Shown here: in pieces, positions 56,931 through 64,000 of the stretch
Numbering within the stretch: position 1 is the stretch's first letter
Layout of the letters: the number at the start of each line of letters is the position of its first letter
Position numbers and translations under genes: made by a program
Source: an uncultured Planctomycetia bacterium
GTDB taxonomy: Bacteria > Omnitrophota > Gorgyraeia > Gorgyraeales > Gorgyraeaceae
Reading direction: 5' to 3'
NCBI GenBank assembly: GCA_964566255.1
Contig: CAZMID010000002.1
Span: forward strand, 30,923 to 94,922
Length of the DNA stretch: 64,000 nucleotides
Notes under the pieces: model-generated
Told to the model about the DNA's origin: nothing
The model's database searches: none
Seen by the model: only the letters and a program-made list of their open reading frames with translations

Positions 56931-58362
56931 TTTACTGATATTAAAGCCAGGCGCACAAGAGGAACTCTATCAAAAATTGAGTGAATCTTTATCAGGACTT
57001 GAGCCATCGTTATGGTCAGCATTGCTTGCTGCGTTCATAAGGGAGAAAGGCTTCAAGGTTAATATAGTAGATGCCGAAGTAGAATATGAAAGGTTGATAC
57101 CTGTTGTAACAGCCGAAATGCCAAAATTGGTTGCTATTGTAGCCTCTGGAACAAATCCTTCAGCATCTACAATGAATATGGTAGGCGTAAGAAATTTAGT
57201 CCAGGATATAAAAAGAGTGAATAAGGATTTACCTATTATATTAATAGGTCTTCATCCATCAGCATTACCCAGGCAGACTTTATTAGAAGAACCTGTGGAC
57301 ATGGTATGTGAGGGAGAGGGATTTTATACGTTATTGGATTTACTTTCAGATGTTGATTATAAAGATATTAAGGGTTTATGGTATAGAAAAGGAAAAGAGA
57401 TTCTTTCTAATCCTAGAGCTGAATTGGTTGACCCCAATGAACTACCTATGCCGGCATGGGAACTGATGTCTATGCATAAATATAGAGCTCATAATTGGCA
57501 TTGTTTTGGTCATACAGACGAAAGAAGTCCTTACGGAGTTATCTATACAAGCCTGGGTTGTCCTTTCAATTGTTCGTTCTGTTGCATAAATGCTATTTTT
57601 GGAGTACACAAAATACGATATAGAAACCCTAAGAAGGTCGTAGAGGAAATAGATTATCTTGTGAAGAACTATAATATTAAAAATTTTAAGATTATTGATG
57701 AAATGTTTGATTTAAATGATAACCATGTGATTGAGCTTTGCGATCTTCTTATAGAGAGGGACTATGGTTTAAACATATGGGCTTATACTAGAGTCGATAC
57801 AATGAATGAGAAGAAATTGAAAAGAATGAAACAGGCTGGGATAAATTGGCTGGGCATAGGTTTTGAGTCTGGTAATAGAGGAATTCGAGATACCGCTACT
57901 AAGGGTAGATTTGATAATGAGAAAATGAGACAGGCTGTAAAGATGATAAGAGATGCAGATATATATCTGGGTGGGAATTTTATCTTTGGCCTTCCCGGTG
58001 ATTCCCTTGAAACCATGCAGCAGACCTTAGATTTAGCAAAGGAATTTAATTGTGAATATGCAAATTTCTATGTTGCTATGGCTTATCCCGGATCCAAACT
58101 TTATGAAGAAGCCGTGGCTAAAAATCTTCCTTTGCCTGATTCATGGCTTGGTTATTCACAGTTTAGTTACGAGACACAACCTTTACCGACAGAATCTCTA
58201 TCTCCTTCTGAAATCCTGCGTTTCAGGGATAAGGCCTTTAATGAATTCTATAGCAGCAAATCCTATCAGGATATGATTTTGAAGAAATTTGGAGAAGAGA
58301 CACTTCAGCATGTAAAAGATATGCTTAAACATAGATTAAAAAGGCAATTATTGAGTGATTAG
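56914..58362 (+). CDS. B12-binding-domain radical SAM enzyme (paralog of the ORFs at 41115 and 55563)
   Basis: …LIGLHPS…, KYRAHNWHCFG, TSLGCPFNCSFCCI. It overlaps the upstream paralog by 17 nt. Confidence 0.75.
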   Translation: MKQRDNLLILKPGAQEELYQKLSESLSGLEPSLWSALLAAFIREKGFKVNIVDAEVEYERLIPVVTAEMPKLVAIVASGTNPSASTMNMVGVRNLVQDIKRVNKDLPIILIGLHPSALPRQTLLEEPVDMVCEGEGFYTLLDLLSDVDYKDIKGLWYRKGKEILSNPRAELVDPNELPMPAWELMSMHKYRAHNWHCFGHTDERSPYGVIYTSLGCPFNCSFCCINAIFGVHKIRYRNPKKVVEEIDYLVKNYNIKNFKIIDEMFDLNDNHVIELCDLLIERDYGLNIWAYTRVDTMNEKKLKRMKQAGINWLGIGFESGNRGIRDTATKGRFDNEKMRQAVKMIRDADIYLGGNFIFGLPGDSLETMQQTLDLAKEFNCEYANFYVAMAYPGSKLYEEAVAKNLPLPDSWLGYSQFSYETQPLPTESLSPSEILRFRDKAFNEFYSSKSYQDMILKKFGEETLQHVKDMLKHRLKRQLLSD

Positions 58363-58395
58363 AATATATAAATCAATTAAAAAGAAAGGTAGAAT

Positions 58396-59100
58396 ATGAA
58401 AGTAGCATTGTTGATCTTAACGCTTAACGAAATCGAGGCAGTAACTCAAGTTATGCCTAGAGTCAAGAGGGAATGGGTTGATGAAATTATTTTTGTGGAT
58501 GGGAATTCTACTGATGGGACGATAGACTATATAAAGGAGCACAATTACGGTTTATTGTTAGAAAAAAAACCTGGGGCACGAGAGGCCATGGTAGAAGCCA
58601 TCAATAATATGGAGAGTGACGTAGTCATTACTTTTAGTCCAGATGGTAATTGTATTCCCGAAGTTATTCCTAAATTGATTAAAAAGATGCAAGAAGGTTA
58701 TGATATGGTTATTGCCTCGCGCTACGCAGAGGGAGCAAAGAGTTACGATGATACGCGTATAACTGCTTTTGGGAATTGGATGTTCACAACGCTAATAAAT
58801 ATTTTATATGGAGCTAAATATAGCGATACTATGGGTGTTTATCGCATATTTAAAAAGAATCTTATAAAAGATTTAGATTTAGACAAGGATATTACATATA
58901 CAACCCCTGAAAAATTATTCAGGACAAAACTGGGATGGGATCCTATATTGTCTGTTCGGGCAGCTAAAAGAAAATTAAAGGTTTCCTATGTTCCTGCTGA
59001 TGAACCTTTGAGGATTGGTGGCAAACCGAAACTGCAGGTATTAAAATGGGGAGCTGGATATTTATTTCAAGTTATAAGAGAAAGATTTTTGTGGCGTTAG
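58396..59100 (+). CDS. GT2 glycosyltransferase, Dpm1/ArnC-like (paralog 3 of 3)
   Basis: LTLNEIEAVTQVMPRVKREWVDEIIFVDGNSTDGT…SPDGNC…ASRYAEGAKSYDD is collinear with the ORFs at 24533 and 37899, through to the C-terminal …RIGG…KLQV.KWG motif. Confidence 0.75.
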   Translation: MKVALLILTLNEIEAVTQVMPRVKREWVDEIIFVDGNSTDGTIDYIKEHNYGLLLEKKPGAREAMVEAINNMESDVVITFSPDGNCIPEVIPKLIKKMQEGYDMVIASRYAEGAKSYDDTRITAFGNWMFTTLINILYGAKYSDTMGVYRIFKKNLIKDLDLDKDITYTTPEKLFRTKLGWDPILSVRAAKRKLKVSYVPADEPLRIGGKPKLQVLKWGAGYLFQVIRERFLWR

Positions 59101-59135
59101 GGTTGACATATATAGGCATGAGGAGGCAATAAGAG

Positions 59136-61454
59136 ATGTTTTTTAGTTCGACCAAAGATTTGGAGAAAAAAATAGTAAACCTTTTTTACTTTTGTGTATA
59201 TTTCTTCATATCTTTGGTATTTTTAGCCATTCTTTATCGACCAATAACAAGAAGTTTATTTAGCCAAGACCTGTGGTGGTTTAATCCTTCTATAGCTCAA
59301 TTTACCGAAGGCCTGTCCTTTGGTAAACTCCTGTTTTTTCTTTTTGACGTTAGACCTTTATGGTATGGATATGCATTGCTTAAGGTATACGATTTTCTTA
59401 TGTTAACGTTGTTTGGTCCTCAAGTTAAATATTTTGTTTTCTTTTCACTAATAATTCACGCTACTTCTTCATATTTACTTTTTTGCGTTTCCAGAAAAAT
59501 TGGCCAGGGTTTTCGAGTAAGTGTTCTTTCCGCATTGATGTATTTGACAGCTTTTAGCCATTTTCACGCCTACATATGGCCGATGGCCTTCCAACATCTT
59601 GTGGTTATTTTTTCCACTTTATTGGTCTTTAATTTTTATTTAAAGACAGATCAGCTTATTGATAGAGGAGCTTCTTTTCGAGCGTATTGGTGGCTAACTC
59701 TGGGGACAGGTTTTTTACTTTCCTTTTGCCGAGCAAATATCTTATTGCTGCCCATAGTTATATTGGTACATATCTTATTCTGTTCAAGGGATGACAAAGA
59801 TAGGTTTAAAAAATATAGCATATGGTTACCTCTTTTTGTAATCTATTTGGGTTATCCTCTAGTTACCTTGACCTATACAGGCGACCCTAAGCTTAGTATG
59901 TTTTTTGAGAAGATAGATATTTCGGCGAAATATTCTGTTCTATTTATATCAGGGATATTTTTACTGTTTTTATTTAGGGGTATATTACAATTTTGGCAGA
60001 ACTATAAAATTAGCAGGGTATCAAAGCGGGTTTTGATAGCAATAGCGCTTATTTCTGTTTTTTTGTTGGTATCAGGTGTAAGAGATATAGGTCTTTTGAC
60101 ATCTATGAAGAATTTACTGTTGCCATATAATCTTATGGTGCCGTTTGTTGGCTTCCTAATGTCTTTTCTTCATCCGATTCAAAACGCCCTATTAATTAAT
60201 TCATCTTCTGTGTATCATTTTATTCCGCCGCAGGTGGATGTATTTAGTTTTATTTTGAGTTTGTTATTAGTTGCCATATTCATAAAGATCTGTGTAGATA
60301 AAAATAGGGGGCTTGTTATATTTTTAGCCTGGTATCTTGTCAGTTTTCTATATTTAAATTTGAGGACTCCTATTGCGTCACGGCATTTTATATATATCTC
60401 TCCGGTTGTTTGCATAATCTTTTGCTCTGTTTTGATATATATATATGATTTCTTTGTTGAAAAAACTAGAATAAAGGCAATACATAAGGAGTTCCTGCTC
60501 TTATTGATATTTGTTGCTCTTTTTATTCCAAATATGCTGGCAATAAGGTTTGAGATCTTTAGGGGTAGAATTGCGAATAACTTTTTAATATATGATTATG
60601 TAAGAATGGTAAATATTATCAAGGAGGATTTAACAAAAAGCACTGATATTAAGACCTTAAATCCAGAAAGGCTCTATATCAATAATGTGAAACCAATGCC
60701 TTATGAATTGTGGTATAAGGATGTATGGTCTGATGTTGATCATCCACCTGATCCTTTGAAATATGATAATTTTCGTTATGTTTTAGCTCAAATCTTTGGT
60801 AGTAATTCTATGCTAGGTACCAATATCAACCAGATTCCAGTTAAGGGTGAGGATTATATGCTTTATTTCGCAGACAAAGAAAGGATAAATAATACTAAAG
60901 GTCAGAATATAGAGCCATTTTTTTACTTTTTTCAAGAGGCAGTAAAAAATATGGAGCTTAAGCATTACAAGGTAGCAGATGATTTATTTAAAAGGGCTGT
61001 ACGACAAAGACCTTTTTTACTAAATTATATTCTCTCAAAATATAGACTAGAAGATTTAAAATGGATTACTAATGATCGTCAGATGCGTTCATGGGTTAAC
61101 AAGATAGCCTTAGGTTATCATAGAGGAGGAGAGACCCCTCGAAAGATTACCTATATCAGCACTATTATGAATAAGGAGCTCGACAGTTATATTGAATGCC
61201 TATTTTATCTTTCTTACTTGAGGTACCTATCTAGCGAGACTAAGGCGAGCAAGTATTGGCTTTATCAAATAGGCTTTATCGAAAGGGATTATGAAAAGAT
61301 ATACCATCATTTAAGTCAGGTACATACAATTAAATCCGATAAAGAGATATTATCTTTTTTAAAAAGTTTTGATAGTTCTTCGTTATATAAAGCACGGGAC
61401 TGTCTTACTTATTATGAGTTGGAGAGGTTCCTTTTTAAAATGATGCTTAATTAG
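59136..61454 (+). CDS. Large polytopic membrane protein with about 300-aa C-terminal soluble helical domain (GT-C-like transferase or polymerase candidate)
   Basis: At least 12 hydrophobic helices over about 450 aa. The C-terminal Lys- and Tyr-rich helical domain is TPR-like. There are no recognisable catalytic motifs beyond the topology. Confidence 0.35.
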   Translation: MFFSSTKDLEKKIVNLFYFCVYFFISLVFLAILYRPITRSLFSQDLWWFNPSIAQFTEGLSFGKLLFFLFDVRPLWYGYALLKVYDFLMLTLFGPQVKYFVFFSLIIHATSSYLLFCVSRKIGQGFRVSVLSALMYLTAFSHFHAYIWPMAFQHLVVIFSTLLVFNFYLKTDQLIDRGASFRAYWWLTLGTGFLLSFCRANILLLPIVILVHILFCSRDDKDRFKKYSIWLPLFVIYLGYPLVTLTYTGDPKLSMFFEKIDISAKYSVLFISGIFLLFLFRGILQFWQNYKISRVSKRVLIAIALISVFLLVSGVRDIGLLTSMKNLLLPYNLMVPFVGFLMSFLHPIQNALLINSSSVYHFIPPQVDVFSFILSLLLVAIFIKICVDKNRGLVIFLAWYLVSFLYLNLRTPIASRHFIYISPVVCIIFCSVLIYIYDFFVEKTRIKAIHKEFLLLLIFVALFIPNMLAIRFEIFRGRIANNFLIYDYVRMVNIIKEDLTKSTDIKTLNPERLYINNVKPMPYELWYKDVWSDVDHPPDPLKYDNFRYVLAQIFGSNSMLGTNINQIPVKGEDYMLYFADKERINNTKGQNIEPFFYFFQEAVKNMELKHYKVADDLFKRAVRQRPFLLNYILSKYRLEDLKWITNDRQMRSWVNKIALGYHRGGETPRKITYISTIMNKELDSYIECLFYLSYLRYLSSETKASKYWLYQIGFIERDYEKIYHHLSQVHTIKSDKEILSFLKSFDSSSLYKARDCLTYYELERFLFKMMLN

Positions 61455-61481
61455 GAATAAGATTAGAATATAAAGGAGGGT

Positions 61482-63008
61482 ATGTTGAAAACTTCTTCAA
61501 AGATTTTTTATACTTATTTTTGCGTAATTTTTATTGTGACTTTTTTATCCTATTACCCTTCGTTATTCTTATTTTTTGCAGGACTTGATATAGCCAAGTA
61601 TTTTCTAGAAACGCAGAAGAGCAATCTTCGTGAATTAATGACAAACTATCTTTCTTGGAGCGTAGTAGCTGAATATTCCAGAGGAGATACATACTCATTT
61701 AGACCCCTAGGTATTATGCTTTTGGGTTTAGAGAGGTATTTTTTTGGTGCTCGATATATTTTATGGCAAATACTTCATATTATAATGCATCTAGGTGTTG
61801 TGTTGTGCTTGTATAGGCTTTTACTTAGGATTCAGCGGCATATATTTGCATGGCTTTTATGTTTTCTTTTTTCTGTTTATGCTATCTTTGCGCGCGTTAT
61901 AACATGGGCAAACTTTGGTAACTATTTTCTTTTTCTGACACTTGTTTTAACAGCACTTTATCACTTATATAAGTATACCTTTGAAAGAGAGAAGGCAAGG
62001 TATAGTTTATTTTGGGTATCTTTGAGTATGTTATTAGGCTGCTTTCTTTATGAGACAGGAGTTGTTTATTGTCTGTTGTTTGTTACATATCTGGCAATAT
62101 TAAGTTTTCAAGAGAAATCGTCGCGTAAAAAGAGAGACTATGCTTACTTGATTATTTTAATACCTGCATCTGTGTTTTTATTAGCATATTCTCTTAATCT
62201 CTACCTTGGAAGAAGCTGGTTGATGGCATTTGAAGCAAAGAGGATCCTTAGTTTTCAGAATGTTTTGGAAACAATAACTACAATACCAAAGATATTTTTG
62301 TTGTGGGTCGGAAGGGGATTTTTTCTTGATTATACAGGAGGTAGGTTTACTTCTTCTGTATTTACTTTGTTAATAAGATATGGGATGTTGATTTTCTCTA
62401 TCCTTTATATATCTGTAGCACTGGGTGCCTCAAGAAGCTCTTTGAAGAAGAATTGGTTATTTATGACTTTAGTTTTTAGTATGATGATAGTTCATGTGGC
62501 TGTTAATTGTTTTGCTCGCATGGGGACGCACGGCATAGATTATATGTTAGCCACAAAGCATACTAATTATATGTTTTGGGCATTTCTTATTACTTTTGTA
62601 TATTCAGCAGTAGATTTTGAAAAGCTGAAGACCTACAGTAGAAAGATATATTATGTCGGTACAATAGGATTATTTATGTTTATATTGTTTAATGTAGTCG
62701 CAACATATGGTATCAATAGAATTATTGCAGCTGAGCAGAAACCTGTACGACTGTATACAGATCAGCTTTATAGGTTTATAGAAGAGCATCGTAGAGAGGA
62801 GGATTTTTCTTTTGCTGTAGCTTCATCTATCCCGTGGACTTACACTCTTACACAGGGATACATTGACCCCAAAGGAGAAATGGTTAAAGGAGTAGATAGA
62901 GAATTTCCTGTCCATGAGATCTATTTCGGGGAATATTATAGTAAAAAGAGGCCCAAATATGTATTAAGGTATGACCTTGAAAAAAATGAAATCAAAGTGA
63001 GAAAATGA
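61482..63008 (+). CDS. Polytopic membrane protein (ArnT/PMT-like GT-C candidate)
   Basis: About 11-13 hydrophobic helices. A short periplasmic-type C-terminal domain. AAGGAGG RBS 6 nt upstream of the ATG. Confidence 0.35.
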   Translation: MLKTSSKIFYTYFCVIFIVTFLSYYPSLFLFFAGLDIAKYFLETQKSNLRELMTNYLSWSVVAEYSRGDTYSFRPLGIMLLGLERYFFGARYILWQILHIIMHLGVVLCLYRLLLRIQRHIFAWLLCFLFSVYAIFARVITWANFGNYFLFLTLVLTALYHLYKYTFEREKARYSLFWVSLSMLLGCFLYETGVVYCLLFVTYLAILSFQEKSSRKKRDYAYLIILIPASVFLLAYSLNLYLGRSWLMAFEAKRILSFQNVLETITTIPKIFLLWVGRGFFLDYTGGRFTSSVFTLLIRYGMLIFSILYISVALGASRSSLKKNWLFMTLVFSMMIVHVAVNCFARMGTHGIDYMLATKHTNYMFWAFLITFVYSAVDFEKLKTYSRKIYYVGTIGLFMFILFNVVATYGINRIIAAEQKPVRLYTDQLYRFIEEHRREEDFSFAVASSIPWTYTLTQGYIDPKGEMVKGVDREFPVHEIYFGEYYSKKRPKYVLRYDLEKNEIKVRK

Positions 63009-63040
63009 AAACTTGAGGAAAATTTACAGAAAGGAGAGTC

Positions 63041-64000
63041 ATGAAGTTTACAATCGGATTTGAAAAGAGGGATTTAAAGAAGCTGCATGAATATTGGGAT
63101 GATATAATCGCTACACAAAAATGGTCTGAAGGTAAATATACAAAGATGTTTGAGGAAAAATGGAGTGAATACAACCAATTAGATGCTGTTAGTTTTTCAA
63201 GCTGGGGAGGGGCAGCATTGGCCTGTTTGGAATTTTTTGAAGTGAAAGGAAAGGTTGTTCTGTGTCCTTCAAATACCTTTATGGCTACTCCTTTGAGTAT
63301 TGTAAAGGCCGGAGGGAAGGTTGAATTTGTCGATTGCAATAAGGACGATTTATGCTTATCCTTAGAAGACCTGAAGATCAAAATCGAAAAGTATAAACCT
63401 GTTGCTTTGTGGGTTGTACATATAGGAGGACATATTGCTTTCCAGATAAAAGAGATATCAAAACTTTGTAAGGAGAAAGGGATTATTCTTTTGGAGGATT
63501 GCGCTCACGCGCATGGGGCTTCGTGGAATAAAGAAAAACCCGGCGTTTGGGGTGATGCCGGCATTTATTCTTTCTATGCCACCAAGACTATATCAACAGG
63601 TGAAGGAGGGATGCTTGTTACACGAAATAAAGATTTAATCGAGTTCTCAAAGAAATATAGAAATTATGGGAAGTTTGAACACAAGGTGGAAGGACTTAAT
63701 TACCGCATAAGTGAATTTGCGGCAGCTATAGGTTATGCTCAAGTAGATAGATTGGATGATATAGTTGGCTGGAAAAACGAATATGCAGAGAAGTATCTAG
63801 ATTCAATCTTTAAAAACCGGATTAAATTTCCTGATGGAATGAGATCAGGTTATTATAAATATATAGTTTTTGATCCTATTGAGAAGTCGACAGGGAAGGT
63901 ATATGACCAACCTTGTCATAAAATAATGGGTAAAAATGGTAATTTACCAAATACTGAATGGATAGCGCAAAATCATTGGTGTGCGCCATTATATTACAAA
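63041..64000 (+). CDS. DegT/DnrJ/EryC1/StrS-family aminotransferase, 3' end beyond the window
   Basis: This is not in the ORF track because no stop codon occurs before the window end. It starts at the ATG at 63041 with AAGGAGAG 5 nt upstream. Translation gives MKFTIGFEKRDLKKLHEYWDDIIATQKWSEGKYTKMFEEKW…LEDCAHAHGASW…YSFYATKTISTGEGGMLVT, which is the canonical DegT fold including the PLP Lys region. Confidence 0.75.
   Translation, partial: MKFTIGFEKRDLKKLHEYWDDIIATQKWSEGKYTKMFEEKWSEYNQLDAVSFSSWGGAALACLEFFEVKGKVVLCPSNTFMATPLSIVKAGGKVEFVDCNKDDLCLSLEDLKIKIEKYKPVALWVVHIGGHIAFQIKEISKLCKEKGIILLEDCAHAHGASWNKEKPGVWGDAGIYSFYATKTISTGEGGMLVTRNKDLIEFSKKYRNYGKFEHKVEGLNYRISEFAAAIGYAQVDRLDDIVGWKNEYAEKYLDSIFKNRIKFPDGMRSGYYKYIVFDPIEKSTGKVYDQPCHKIMGKNGNLPNTEWIAQNHWCAPLYYK

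Noticed and set aside
59103-59131. TTGACA hexamer before the 772-aa membrane protein gene as a promoter
   Set aside because: No acceptable -10 sits at 16-18 nt spacing; the candidate is gcaata. The hexamer lies only 28 nt before the start codon, so it is likely chance in AT-rich DNA.
1288-63381. All minus-strand ORFs in the six-frame track (for example 1288..1548, 11894..12379, 12608..13000, 40346..40675, 52612..53070 and 62992..63381; 60-161 aa)
   Set aside because: Every one lies antisense within a long + strand gene with clear family signatures. Their translations are Ser/Ile/Phe/Leu-rich low-complexity strings typical of antisense frames in AT-rich DNA. None has a plausible RBS or recognisable motif.
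1-64000. tRNA, rRNA, CRISPR arrays, IS elements and integrases
   Set aside because: I found no direct-repeat arrays, transposase or integrase-like ORFs, or rRNA-like conserved stretches. The intergenic space is minimal. I cannot exclude a small ncRNA in the gaps at 18.3-18.5 kb or 8.48-8.55 kb without a covariance-model search.

Overview
This is a low-GC (about 35-37% by eye) window from a diderm bacterium; LptD-like, Wza-like and β-barrel proteins ending in Phe are present. I support 57 protein-coding genes, all on the + strand, most separated by 0-30 nt or overlapping by 4-40 nt, which suggests translational coupling. Positions 1-9.5 kb are housekeeping and signalling genes: the dnaK 3' end, dnaJ, an FmdB-type zinc ribbon, VanZ-like, DUF1015, accD, an orphan MalK/UgpC-type ABC ATPase, two tandem GAF-GGDEF diguanylate cyclases and a ROK kinase. 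From about 9.5 kb to the window end there is one very large surface-glycan locus. It contains an LptD-like gene, then nucleotide-sugar genes for at least five activated-sugar families: UDP-GlcA (ugd), dTDP-6-deoxyhexose (rmlA-like, rmlB, rmlC-like), UDP-GlcNAcA/GalNAcA (TviB/TviC-like pair), GDP-fucose (gmd and fcl), UDP-xylose (uxs) and GDP-heptose (hddA/hddC-like). Export genes follow: a Wzi-like outer-membrane β-barrel, a 966-aa Wza-like protein and a short Wzz-like protein. The remarkable part is a roughly 34-kb tailoring region (about 29.7-63 kb) with ten radical SAM enzymes: seven B12-binding-domain radical SAMs, two SPASM/twitch-type and one HemN-like. Interleaved with them are a DUF362/2x[4Fe-4S] protein, three split thiamine-diphosphate enzyme pairs (transketolase N/C and two E1α/β pairs), a LeuA-like HMGL synthase, three PLP aminotransferases, four NAD-epimerase/SDR genes, and a PHP phosphoesterase with a Cys-rich tail. 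Three clearly paralogous Dpm1/ArnC-like GT2 genes divide the region into modules, and three large polytopic (GT-C-like) membrane proteins accompany them. I read this as a candidate, undescribed, anaerobic pathway that builds heavily radical-SAM-tailored sugars on polyprenyl-phosphate carriers and transfers them to a cell-surface polymer. I recognised no tRNA, rRNA, CRISPR or mobile element. Three near-consensus σ70-type promoters (TTGACN-N17-TATAAT) are visible in the larger intergenic gaps. A 33-codon remnant of a gmd 3' end sits just downstream of the intact gmd.
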